Notes under the pieces: generated by a model
Seen by the model: the letters and a program-made list of their open reading frames with translations, nothing else
Database searches by the model: none
Told to the model about the DNA's origin: nothing
Position numbers and translations under genes: made by a program
In this document: positions 50,348 through 62,615 of the stretch, piece after piece
Layout of the letters: each line of letters starts with the position of its first letter
How positions within the stretch are numbered: position 1 is the stretch's first letter
Source: Pristiophorus japonicus
Taxonomy: Eukaryota
Reading direction: 5' to 3'
Assembly (NCBI RefSeq): GCF_044704955.1
Contig: NC_092006.1
Span: 4,898,001-4,962,000, forward strand
Length of the DNA stretch: 64,000 nt

Positions 50348-50652
50348 AGGGAAAGAAAGAGTTGGATTTATATAACGCCTTTCGCAACCACTGGACTCAA
50401 AGTGCTTTACAGCCAATGAAGTACTTTTTGAAGTGTAGTCACTGTTGTAATGTGGGAAACACGGCGCACAGCAAGCTCCCACAAATAGCAATGTGTTAAT
50501 GACCCAGATCATCTGTTTTCGAGATGCTGATTGAGGGATAAATATTGGCCCCAGGACACCGGGGAGAACTCCCCTGCTCTTCTTCGAAATAGTGGCCGTG
50601 GGATCTTTTACGTCCGCCCGAGAGAGCAGACGGGGCCTCGGTTTAACGTCTC
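50348..50652 (-). mobile_element. Deu-SINE fragment
   Basis: Deu core and tail next to a GA-rich tract and gap. Confidence 0.75.
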
Positions 50653-51424
50653 AGGCAATAGATGCAGAATATTGACATTGGGTCTATTTCCCACCAGCCT
50701 GAGATATTGCAAGATGCTAATATCAGCGAACGCAGCGCGCAATCTCCGACTCGGCTGACGAGCTCGCTGATCTTACGCCGCAGTTCCGCCATGGATTACC
50801 AGCAAATTCGACTGACCTGGAAAGAGAAGGGCGAGCACGCAGGGAGCTAAGCGATGCATTGTCTGCGACCTGAGGCGTTTGCTGTCCAACTCCACACTGA
50901 CGCTTTGCCGGGAGGTCTTTGCGCCCGCAAGCGACGTGAAATGCACACAGCTTGCAGAACGTGCGTTTAAAAATAGCGGTCTGGAAAATCCAACCCGGTG
51001 CAAAAGCTGGCTGCGGGTTTCCTGTTGACACACGAGGCGCCCACGCACAGATGTGCCTGCAAAGGGCAATGTGTTACAGCTGGTCTGAAGGGTGCTGTGC
51101 AGTCGAGACCCATTAAACCGTGAACTAACGCCAGGCGGTGCAGAATTCCACACACCGTGTACCGCTTGTGCAATTCGAGTGGCCGCGGGGGAATTATCCC
51201 GTTTCCGAGTGTTGCGATCGATTGGTCCAGAATGCATTCATTGATACACCCTTACTCGTACCAACAAAAAATGGATCACATTCTGCCCAGAGAATGCCCT
51301 TCAAATTCTTACACTGGTAAAAAAGCAGGCACAAGGCCTCTTTTTTTTTTTACCAGCGTAAGAGTTTAAAGCAACAGGAAAATAAAATATTATCACCTAT
51401 TAGCTGTAGGCTGCAGGACTATAG

Positions 51425-51892
51425 AACTGACCACACTCGATCAGCTCTACTGGGCAGGCCACATAGTTCGCATGCCAGACACGAGACTCCCAAAGCAAAT
51501 GCTCTATGCGGAGCTCCGTCATGGTAATCGAGCCAAAGGTGGGCAGAGGAAACGTTACAAGGACCACCCTCAAAGCCTCCCTGGTAAAGTGCGACATCAC
51601 CACCGACACCTGGGAGACCCTGGCCGCAGACCGCCCGAGGTAGAGAACGTCCATCCGGGAGGGCGTTGAGCCCTTCGAGTCTCGACGCAAAGAGCGTGAA
51701 GAGGTCAGGCACAGGCAGCGGAAGGAGCGCGCGGCAAACCAGCCCCACCCACCCCTTCCCCCGCCGAATGTCTGTCCCACCTGTGACAGGGTCTGTGACT
51801 CTCGTATCGGACCGTTCAGCCACCAGAGAACTCACTTTGGGAGTGGAGGCAAGTCTTCCCCGATTCCGAGGGACTGCCTGTGATGATGATGA
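51425..51892 (+). mobile_element. RTE-clade LINE 3' fragment
   Basis: WAGHIVRMPDTRLPKQMLYAELRHGNRAKGGQRKRYKD; tail cgagggactgcctg(tga)n. Confidence 0.85.
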
Positions 51893-51894
51893 TA

Positions 51895-52750
51895 CGATCA
51901 ATGAACTGGTCAGGTGGGCAGAACAGCGGCAAATGGAATTCAATCCAGAGAAGTGTGAGGTAATGCATTTGGGGAGGGCTAACAAGGCAAGGGAATACAT
52001 TGAATGGTCAGACACTGAGAAGTGTAGAGGAACAGAGGGACCTTGGAGTGCAGGTCCACAGATCCCTGAAGGTAGCAGGCCAGGTGGATAAGGTGGTTAA
52101 GAAGGCATACGGAATACCTGCCTTTATTAGCCGAGGCATGGAATACAAGAGCAGGGAGGTTATGCTTGAACTGTATAAAACACTGGTTAGGCCACAGCTG
52201 GAGTACTGCGTGCAGTTCTGGTCAGGAAAGATGTGATTGCACTGGAGAGGGGGCAGAGGAGATTTACCAGGATGTTGCCGGGACTGGAGAACTTTAGCGA
52301 TGAGGAAAGATTGGATAGGCTGGGGTTGTTTTCTTTGGAACAAAGGAGGCTGAGGGGAGAGCTTATTGAGGTGTCTAAAATTACGAGGGGCCTGGATAGA
52401 GTGGATAGGACGGACCTGTTTCCCTTGGCAGAGGGGTCAACAACCAGGGGGCACAGATTTAAAGTAATTGGGGGGAGGTTTAGAGGAGATTTGAGGGGAA
52501 ATTTCTTCACCCAGAGGGCGGTGGGGGTCTGGGGCGGAACTCACTGCCTGAAAGGGTGGTAGAGGCAGAAACCCTCACCACATTTAACAAGTACCTGGAT
52601 GTGCGCTTGAAGTGCCGTAACCTACAGGGCTATGGACCGAGAGCGGGAAAGTGGGATTAGGCCGGGTAGCTCTTGGTCGGCCGGCGCGGACACGATGGGC
52701 TGAAACGGCCTCCTTCCGTGCCGTAAATGTCTATGATTCTACGATTCATA
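51895..52750 (+). mobile_element. CR1 3' fragment
   Basis: ORFs 52000-52236 and 52233-52562. Confidence 0.85.
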
Positions 52751-53574
52751 CTTATGCCAACATAAATAGCCCACATTCTGCCCGGCGTATGCCCATGAAA
52801 TTCTGACGCTGGCCAAAGCAGGAGCAAGTGGGTAGCACTCTCGTCTCAGAGTCAGAAGGTTGTGGGTTCAAGTCCCACTTCAGAGATTGAGCATACAACC
52901 CAGGGATGGAATACTTCTCGACCTGGAGTCCAGCTTGGTGCTGTCTATAATCCACATTTTTTCATTTCCTGGATTATCCAGCTAACCAATTACTCACATG
53001 AACGTTCCTTTCTACGTAAGTAAGAATAACATGCAGCACAGCTCAATGCAAAATCCAACGTGCATGTTTTGGTAAACTGATAAAACCTTATATCTGAATA
53101 ACATTTTAAAAATGGCAAGTTATGACAGTAAACAGCAATAAGAGTGTATACCCGGCTATAATCCACAAACCCCCGCATTCAAAGTACATAATGAAGTGAA
53201 AACAATATGTATTTTCTCACTCTGACATTGCAATGACTCAGTAACGATTTCCCAGTCAATTGGTCTTGCAACAGTGCCTGAGCTATCCTGTGGGTCCTTG
53301 GTTTCACTGACACACCGCACACATTTGTTCTTTCAATCTGTGCTGTAAATCGGCCGCAGAGATATTCTGAGCGCATCTGGACCGAGCGATCAAAGAGCAG
53401 GATTCACATCCACAACGCTGGGGTTTCAAAACCAGTTTAATTTATCTGTAAACATTACATATGAATTATATCACGTGCTGTATAAAGATGTACTCAGCAC
53501 GGAAACCACAAATACAAGAATTTGGCATTACAATACTTGAAATTAGTTGAGTATATTCAAGACGGAGAGCGATA

Positions 53575-54255
53575 TAGGAGCAGGAGTTGGCCATTCAGCC
53601 CCTCGAGCCTGCTCCGCCATTTAATACCATCATGGCCGCTCTGATCATGGACTCAGCTCCCCTTCCCCGCCTGTTCCCCATAACCCTTTACTCTCTTATC
53701 GCTCAAAAATCTGTCTATCTCCACCTTAAATATATTCAATGACCCAGCCTCCACAGCTCTCTGAGTCAGCGAATTCCACAGATTTACAACCCTCTGAGAG
53801 AAGAAATTCCTCCTCATCTCAGTTTTAAGTGGGCGGCCCCTTATGCCCCCCCAGTTTTAGTTTCGCCTATGAGTGGAAACATCCTCTCTGCATCCACCTT
53901 GTCGAGCCCCCTCATTATCTTATATGTTTCCATTAGATCACCTCTCATTCTTCTGAACTCCAATGAGTAGAGGCCCAACCTACTCAACCTATCCTCATAA
54001 GTCAACCCCCTCCGGAATCAGCCGAGTGAACCTTCTCTGAACACCCTCCAATGCAAGTATATCCTTCCTTAAATACGGAGACCAAAACTGCACGCAGTAC
54101 TCCAGGTGTGGCCTCACCAATACCCTGTACATTTGTAGCAGGACTTCTCTGCTTTTATACTCCATCCCCCTTGCAATAAGGCCAACATTCCATTCCAGTT
54201 GAGATCGAAGATCGGCCATGATCTTATTGAATGGCGGAGCAGGCTCGAGGAGCCG
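53575..54255 (-). mobile_element. CR1 fragment(s); part of a block duplicated at 58560-59580
   Basis: ORF 53995-54219; shared junction ccattccagttgag. Confidence 0.8.
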
Positions 54256-54273
54256 AATGGCCTCCTCCTGCTC

Positions 54274-57200
54274 CTAATTCGTATATTCTAAAATAGAGAT
54301 TAAACTGAACAGTAACCGACATATCATCGTAAGAACAGTGGCCCAACACAACGCTATGTAAGAGTCCATTTCAATGGTAGAGTTTTCGATTGGACCCAAT
54401 TGGGAAATCGCGCCCAAACTATGTTTGAAATTGCACCGACTGTCCGGCAAAACAGAGGAAGCTTTGCACTCCATATCGTCTTTCCTTTCCCATCGGAGTG
54501 TTGGCTCCGTGTTAAATGCCAGCTGGGCATAAAGAGTCTGTGAGAGAAAACAGAAACAATTACCACGGCCCACATCTTCAGCGTCGGAACAGTGGGACAG
54601 GAGAGGGCCATTCAGCCCTTCGAGCCTGTTCCCCCATTCAGTTTGATCATGGCTAATGTGTATCTGAACTCCATCCGCCCGCCTTAAATACCCTCGCCCA
54701 ACACCAATCTTTCATCGCAGTTTTGAACATTTCAATTGACCCTCAGCCTCAACAACTTTATGAGGGAGAGAGTTCCAGGTTCCCGCGGCCCTTTGTCTGA
54801 AGATGTGTTTCCTGACATCACCCCTGAACGGCCGGGCTCGAATTTTAAGGTCAAGCCCCCTTGTTCTGGACTCCCCAGACTCTCTCAAATTCTCTAATCA
54901 TCTTAAATATCTCGATTACATCACCCTGTAATCTACACTCGAGGGAAAACAAGGCCAGTCTAAGAACATAAGAACATAAGATTTAGGAGCAGGAGTCAGC
55001 CATTCGGGCCCCTCGAGCTTGCTCCGCCATTCAATGAGATCACGGCTGACCTTCGACCTCAACTCCACTTTCCTGCCCCATCTCCATATCCCTTGTTCCC
55101 CTCGATTCCGAAAATCTCTCGATCTCAGCCTTGAATATACTCAACGACTGAGTCTCCACAGCCCTCTGGGGCAGAGAATTCCAAAGATTCACCACCCTCT
55201 GAGTGAAGAAATTCCTCCTCATCTCAGTCCTAAATGGCCAAGCCCTTATCCTGAGACTGTGTGACCCCTGGTTCTAAACTCCCCAGCCCTGATATGATTC
55301 AATGAGATCACATCTCATTCTTCTAAACTCCAGAGAGTATAGGCCCAGTCTACTCAACAGGTATATGCAACCTGTCCCATAATATAACCCTTTTAGCATG
55401 TTGGGACATTTTATTGGTTGTTGATAGCTCAGGTATAATTGTAGTGAATCGGCAATCCTGTGGGTATTTATAATTACTGACTGAAAATATCCAAATATAG
55501 ATATTTGAATTTACTTTCAAATAAAAGGTGAATTTGTTTATTCGTTCCTGGGATGTGGGCGTGGCTGGCAAGGCCGGCATTTATTGCCCATCCCTAATTG
55601 CCCCTTGAGAAGGTGGTGGTGAGCCGCCTTCTTGAACCACAGAGGGTGGTTAAGCACCATTCAAATCGCTGTGGGTTTGGAGTCACGTATCAGCCAGACT
55701 GGGTAAGGGGCAGTAGATTTCTGTGATTTCCTTCCCTGAAACATAGAAACATAGAAACATAGAAAATAGGTGCAGGAGTAGGCCATTCGGCCCTTCGAGC
55801 CTGCACCACCATTCAATATGATCATGGCTGATCATGCAACTTCTGTACCCCTTTCCTGCTTTTTCTCCATACCCCTTGATCCCTTTAGCCATAAGGGCCA
55901 CATCTAACTCCCTTTTGAATATATCCAACGAACTGGCCTCAACATCTTTCTGTGGTAGAGAATTCCACAGGTTCACAATTCTCTGAGTGAAGAAGTTTCT
56001 CCTCATCTCGGTCCTAAATGGCTTACCCGTTATCCTTAGACTGTGACCCCTTGTTCTGGACTTCCCCAACATTGGGAACATTCTTCCTGCATCTAGCCTG
56101 TCCAATCCCGTCAGAATTTTATATGTTTCGATGAGATTCCCCTCTCATTCTTCTAAATTCCACTGAATATAAGCCTAGTCGATCCAGTCTTTCTTCATAT
56201 GTCAGTCCTGCCATCCCGGGAATCAGTCTGGTGAACCTTCGCTGCACTCCCTCAATAGCAAGAATGTCCTTCCTCAGATTAGGAGACCAAAACTGCACAC
56301 AATACTCCAGGTGTGGCCTCACTGAGGCCCTGTAGGAGGGCGATGGCTACGAAGCCAGGTCGCTGGTTGCAGTGCAGGCAGGCACAGCAGGAGGGGCGAC
56401 GGAGCAGCAAGAGTCCGTAGAGGGAAGTGATCGAGGCCCAAGAGAGGCGTGAATCTGGGGCCCAGAAGAGACGAGGGCCCAGGGGCAGCACGGGCCCAGC
56501 CCACACTGTGCGATATGTGCGCGCACTAGGCCCGTGCAGCAGAGCTGGTCTCCAGTCGTCCTGGTTCACCCTTGCCCCTGGACCAAGACCTCGCTCTGTC
56601 AAGCCCCGTGTGGTGGCTGGTGTGCAACGGTCACCCCACGTTAAAAAAAAACACCCACAGGGGCCTTCCACCCTTCAGGATGTAGTTCGGGATCTAGAAT
56701 TTTAGGTTCTTTATTGAAACACTGTGAACTCATCCCTTTTTTGGCGTGGAATCAAGCCATACTCACTTCGAGGGACTGCCTATAATGATGATACAACTGC
56801 AGTAAGACCTCCCTGTTCCTATACTCAAATCCCCTATACTGTCCTATACTCAAAGACATTAGTGACACCAGATGGGGTTTTACAATCTGGTAATTTTATG
56901 GTCACCGTTACTTTTTAATTCCACATTTATTTGATTAATTGAATTTAAACTTCTCACCTACCATGGTGGGATTGGAATTCGGGTCCCCGGGATTAATAGT
57001 CCAGGCGCCTGGATTACTAGCCCGCTGACATAACCACTATGCTACCGTTCTGTCGTGTTGAGCGAAGACAGCTCTTTTCCTATCTACCGCCTGGAACAGC
57101 GAACCACCCTGCAAGCGGATAAATTGGGAGTGCGGAGGAGTTTGAAGCACCTTGCGACCATCCCTACCTGACTGCCGCTCCGGACAGCCGCCACAGACAC

Positions 57201-60200
57201 CATCAGGAGCAGGTGAAGCGCCGCCAACAAATTCAGGACCAACCGCAATCTGCAGGCGCTCTGTGACGGAGACACTGTAAGAAAAGAGCTTTTTTAAAGA
57301 AAAAGGACGTTTCTGCAAAGAGTTAAACAAGTGCAGCCACCGAGCAAATCTGCTTGTGGAATTTCACACAAAACATTTTGCATAGTTCCCCAGCGAGCAG
57401 ATATCTGAGAGGCCCCTGCTTACCGATAACTTTGCAATTAACAAGGACTGCGATGTTGCGATAGACAGGCAGACACGGGCAGACACCTGAGAGATAGACA
57501 GATAAGAACACAAGAAATAGGAGCAGGAGTCGGCCATTTGGCTCCACAGCTGGTCTGGTCTCGGGCTCAGCTCTACTTCCCTGTCTGATAGATAGACAGA
57601 CAGACATAGAGATAGAGATAGAGAGAGAGTTAGAGAGTTAGAGAGAGAGAGGGAGATAGAGAGAGAGAGAGAGAGAGAGAGGGAGATAGATAGATAGAGA
57701 GTTAGAGAGAGAGAGATAGATAGATAGAGAGTTAGAGATAGAGAGTTAGAGATAGAGAGTTAGAGATAGAGATAGAGAGTTAGAGATAGAGATAGAGAGT
57801 TAGAGATAGAGAGTTAGAGATAGAGAGTTAGAGATAGAGAGTTAGAGAGATAGATAGATAGAGTTAGAGATAGAGAGTTAGAGATAGAGAGTTAGAGATA
57901 GAGAGTTAGAGAGATAGATCGATTGGATAGGCTGGGTTGTTTTCTTTGGAACAGAGGAGACTGAGGGGCGACCTAATTGAGGTGTATAAAATTATGAGGG
58001 GCCTGGATAGAGTGGATAGGACAGACCTGTTTCCCTTGGCAGAGGGGTCAACAACCAGGGGTCACAGATTGAAAGTAATTGGGAGGAGGTTTAGAGGGGA
58101 TTTGAGGGGAAATGTCTTCACCCAGAGGGTGGCGGAGGTCTGGGGTGGAACTCACTGCCTGAAAGGGTGGTAGAGGCAGAAACCCTCACCACATTTAAAA
58201 AGCACCTGGATGTGCGCTTGAAGTTCCGTAACCTACAGGGCTACGGACTGAGAGGTGGAAAGTGGGATTAGGCTGGGTGGCTCTTTGTCGGCCGGCGCAG
58301 ACATGATGAGCCGAATTACCTCCTTCCATGCTGTAAATTTCTATGATTCTAGGATAGACATCGCGATAGAACACAGCACAGTGGAAATGTAATCACATTT
58401 TCGACTTTTAAGCAGGGAGGTACCTTACTCCGAACATTTATTCCCTAGCTAGACAGATAGACTTCAAAATTCAGCAAGGTAGACACTGAAACATTGAGAG
58501 ATATGTGATAGGGAGATCGTGGTATAATTATACACGCAGACGCAGAAAAGGACGTAAGAATATAAGAACATAAGAAATAGGAGCAGGAGTCGGCCATTCG
58601 GCCCCTCGAGCCTACTCCGCCATTCAATACGATCCTGGCTGATCCGATCATGGACTCAGCTCCACTTCCCCGCCCACTCCCCATAACCCTTCACTTCCTT
58701 ATCGCTCAAAAATCTGTCTATCTCCACCTTATATATATTCAAGTTCCCAGCCTCCACAGCTCTCTGGAGCCGAGAATTCCACAGATTTACAACCCTCTGA
58801 GAGAAGAAATTCCTCCTCATCTCAGTTTTAAATGGGCGGCCCCTTATTCTGAGACTATGCCCCCTAGTTCTAGTCTCCCCCATCAGTGGAAACATCCTCT
58901 CTGCATCCACCTTGTCGAGCCCCCTCATTATCTTATACGTTTCGATAAGATCACCTCTCATTCTTCTGAACTCCAATGAGTAGAGACCCAACCTGCTCAA
59001 CCTTACCTAAGAAGTCAACCCCCTCATCTCCGAAATCAACCAAGTGAACCTTCTCTGAACTGCCTCCAGTGCAAGTATATCCTTCCTTAAATACGGAGAC
59101 CAAAACTGCACGCAGTACTCCAGGTGTGGCCTCACCAATACCCTCTCCAGTTGTAGCAGGACTTCTCTGCTTTTATACTCTATCCCCCTTGCAATAAAGG
59201 CCAAGATTCCATTCCAGTTGAGGTCTAAGATTGGCCGTGATCTTATTGAATGGCAGAGCAGGCTCGAGGGGCCAAATGGCCTCCTCCTGCTCCTAATTCG
59301 TATATTCTAAAATAGAGGTTAGACTGAACAGTAACCGACATATCGTAGAGGGTTGTTGAGGCCAGTCTGTTAGATATATTAAAGAGGAAGCTAGATATGG
59401 CCCTTACAGCTAAAGGGATCAAGGGGTATGGAGAGAAAGCAGGAATGGGGTACTGAGGTGAATGATCAGCCATGATCATATTGAATGGTGGTGCAGGCTC
59501 GAAGGGCCGAATGGCCTACTCCTGCACATATTTTCTATGTTTCTATGTAAGGACAGTGGCTAAATACAGCGCTATGTATTCTGAATTCCCTGTCATTCTT
59601 CTGAACTCCAGGCCTTCAATATACAAAAAGTTGCGAAGAAGTGAGACTCACATCACCATTGAAGATATTAGTGAAGGGGACACCGGCCACAGTTACCTCC
59701 CGGAGATGCGACGCTTTCACTCAGGAGATCCCCGGTGGCGTTGATCGGAACGGTGCAAGTGCAGACGGCGCCGCTGCGCCAGGTTTCGGCCGAGACGCTC
59801 AGGACGCTTCTGGCGGTATAGCTCCCGTCCGGCTCCAGCTTGCCGGGCTCGCTCCGTCCCTCGGCGGCCCATCCCGCAACCAGCCAGCGGATGGGGAAGG
59901 AGTCCGGAGCAGCGCCCCGCACCAGACACATCAAGGGCACTCTCTCCAGCCGGGGAATCTCAGCCGGCGGTGGCGTTAAGAGGAAGAGGACCGGGGGGCC
60001 CGCTAGATGGAAGAGAAATTGGAATTAACCAGGCGCACAAGGTAGGTTTGAATTGGTGTCTCGACGCACAATTGGATGGACGAGTGGGATTACCTGTGAT
60101 CACCAGCGTGGTGCCAGTCCCGAATATCAGGGACCGATTCCTGGCGTTTGGAGCAGCGCAGTAATACCGCCCAGAATCGCTCCTCTGGACGTTGTCAATG

Positions 60201-60432
60201 ACCAGCGAATAATTCCCCGATTGCTCGCATACCTCGCCGGAAAATCTTCCCCCGGGCCTCACGAACCGTCCGGTTTTGTAAACGATCCGCATGCCCTCTC
60301 GGTGCCAGTGTGTGTACCAGTAAACGATGCCCGGGGCCAGCCTCCCGGTCTGGCATTGAAGTTTGACCAGGCTCCCGACATCGGCCGTTAGCAGCGCCGG
60401 AAATTGGCTCAAGACCGCCTGAGACACGACAG
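54274..60432 (-). CDS. IgSF gene C: germline-joined VJ-C1-TM receptor with TLYAQL tail (model complement join 60432-60094,60002-59697,57274-57168,54537-54274; leader exon not located)
   Basis: V VKLQC..VYWY..RFSG..YSLVIDNVQRSDSGRYYC..LIFGTGTTLVIT (339 nt, same length as gene B V); C1 PLMCLVRG..PDSFPIRW..EPDGSYTARSVLSVSAETWRSGAVCTC; TM SACRLRLVLNLLAALHLLLMVSVAAV; phase-0 terminal exon TLYAQLAF. Confidence 0.8.
55540..57040 (-). mobile_element. Nested repeats: SINE (about 55540-55740 + 56855-57040) interrupted by CR1 (55741-56855), itself interrupted by an RTE-tailed SINE-like insert (about 56335-56792, +)
   Basis: CR1 resumes ccctgta|caactgcagtaagacc across an insert ending cgagggactgcctataatgatgat. 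Confidence 0.65.
57590..57920. repeat. (GAGATAGAGAGTTA)n / GA microsatellite
   Basis: Direct inspection. Confidence 0.9.
57920..59548. mobile_element. CR1 fragments in gene C intron (+57920-58350; -58555-59220; +59350-59548)
   Basis: ORFs 57937-58173, 58656-59000, 59007-59204. Confidence 0.85.
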
Positions 60433-61536
60433 CTGAGACAAGGTTGCGGGGGGGGGGGGGACACAAAAATAAAAAAAAACACAATATTAACAACAGGTTA
60501 TAGGCCCCCGAGTCACCCTGGATACCGACACATCTCAAATTCCCCACCACTGGCGCGTCGGGAGCGCGTGTGGGACATTCCGCCGCGCTGCGCACCGTTA
60601 AATTGCGCCTCTCCGCCCGCAATTCCCACAGGCGCACAGTCCGAGTCCGTTCGCTGTGAAATCCGCTCCAATCATTGGCGGGCACCATGGCGACTGGCTG
60701 CAGTTAAGATTGCAAAATCCTTCTCCCAAACCGATTATGCTTCCCCCTGGTCTAACCCGGCTCTCCAATCCATCTCTCCAGGGGTTGGGGACCGGGGGGC
60801 GCTTGATTGTGTTAAAATGGGGCGATAGCTTTCTCACTAATTCCACTAGACAGGCCCCCCTCTCCCAACGGTAGACCCTCGCCTTCAAATACCGGAGTTC
60901 ACTGACAACTTTATCTCAGTTAGGGGGCAGTTCAGTGTCACATTCGCTTCCACTCACCCATCACAATGTTCGGCTCCAAAGTCGCGCTATCGGTATTGAG
61001 CGAAGCCCGCACACCTTTATACTTTGCCCAATATCTAATCTGCTTCTTAAAAAAATTATAGTTAAACGCAAACTTGTGTATCAGCGAACGATGCAACACA
61101 GGAGGCCATTCGGCCCATCAAACCTGTGTTGTGCCGGCTCTGTGACAGAGCGACTCAATCATTCCCACTCCGCCCCTGCTCTTTCCCCACAGCCCGGCAT
61201 ATTGCCTCCTTTCCAAATATTTATCCAATTCCCCCGTTTGAAAGTCACTTTTTCATCTGCTCCCAGTGCCCCTTTCAGGCAGCGCGTTCCCGAGCACAAG
61301 CTCTCAGGGCTTGAAATCACGTCCTGATCTCCCCCTCTGGTTCTGTTACCGATTATATTAAACATGTGTCCTCTGCTTACCCACCCTCCTCCCACTGGAA
61401 ACAATCTCTCCTTCTTTACTCGATCGGAAGCCTTCTCCTTATTAATTCTATACAAAACCCTTCTCCTTATTAATTCTCTCCAAAACCCTTCTCCTTATTA
61501 ATTCTCTCCAAAACCCGTCTAAAATCCAAAATCCAA

Positions 61537-62615
61537 AAGAGTAGGAGTAAACGGGTACTTTTCAGAATGGCAGGCAGTGACTAGTGGAGTGCCGCAAGGT
61601 TCTGTGCTGGGGCCCCAGCTGTTTACATTGTACATTAATGATTTAGACGAGGGGATTAAATGCAGTATCTCCAAATTTGCGGATGATACTAAGTTGGGTG
61701 GCAGTGTGAGCTGCGAGGAGGATGCTATTAGGCTGCAGAGTGACTTGGATAGGTTAGGTGAGTGGGCAAATGCATGGCAGATGAAGTATAATGTGGATAA
61801 ATGTGAGGTTATCCACTTTGGTGGTAAAAACAGAGAGACAGACTATTATCTGAATGGTGACAGATTAGGAAAAGGGAAGGTGCAACGAGACCTGGGTGTC
61901 ATGGTACATCAGTCATTGAAGGTTGGCATGCAGGTACAGCAGGCGGTTAAGAAAGCAAATGGCATGTTGGCCTTCATAGCGAGGGGATTTGAATACAGGG
62001 GCAGGGAGGTGTTGCTACAGTTGTACAGGGCCTTGGTGAGGCCACACCTGGAGTGTTGTGTACAGTTTTGGTCTCCTAACTTGAGGAAGGACATTCTTGC
62101 TATTGAGGGAGTGCAGCGAAGGTTCACCAGACTGATTCCCGGGATGGCGGGACTGACCTATCAAGAAAGATTGGATCAACTGGGCTTGTATTCACTGGAG
62201 TTCAGAAGAATGAGAGGGGACCTCATAGAAACGTTTAAAATTCTGACGGGTTTAGACAGGTTAGATGCAGAAAGAATGTTCCCAATGTTGGGGGAGTCCA
62301 GAACCAGGGGTCACAGTCTGAGGATAAGGGGTAAGCCATTTAGGACCGAGATGAGGAGAAACTTCTTCACCCAGAGAGTGGTGAACCTGTGGAATTCTCT
62401 ACCACAGAAAGTAGTTGAGGCCAATTCACTAAATATATTCAAAAGGGAGTTAGATGAAGTCCTTACTACTCGGGGGATCAAGGGTTATGGCGAGAAAGCA
62501 GGAAGGGGGTACTGAAGTTTCATGTTCAGCCATGAACTCATTGAATGGCGGTGCAGGCTAGAAGGGCTGAATGGCCTGCTCCTGCACCTATTTTCTATGT
62601 TTCTATGTTTCTATG
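61537..62615 (+). mobile_element. CR1 3' fragment, RT domain (312-aa open frame), inserted in the 28-bp satellite
   Basis: SGVPQGSVLGP..FADDTKL; (ctatgttt)n tail. Confidence 0.95.

Larger units (their letters stand above)
43066..50859 (-). pseudogene. IgSF gene B: germline-joined VJ-C1-TM receptor with TLYAQL tail; one in-frame TGA in V (model complement join 50859-50817,49778-49440,49362-49060,47214-47098,45722-45664,43143-43066)
   Basis: Leader MHRLAPCVLALLFP; V ..KADCHAGQLLT*AVQWYKQ..DSGVYYC..LIFGNGSKLLIT; C1 PLLCLVRGLTPDSLPVRW..PDGTLTV.SHLSVSAETWRSGAVCTC; TM SDCSLWVLVTCSVVLLLLLMVTVMASW; tail GNTASDEKFTDSRPGARDKE/TLYAQLAF..WI*. 939 nt, phases consistent; TGA at 49677-49675. Confidence 0.82.

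Noticed and set aside
31036-60432. Calling these genes IgL, TCR, NITR or SIRP
   Set aside because: IgL lacks TM and tail; TCR rearranges and has no Tyr motif; NITR second domain is not C1; SIRP typically has V-C1-C1. Orthology needs a phylogeny, so no symbol is assigned.
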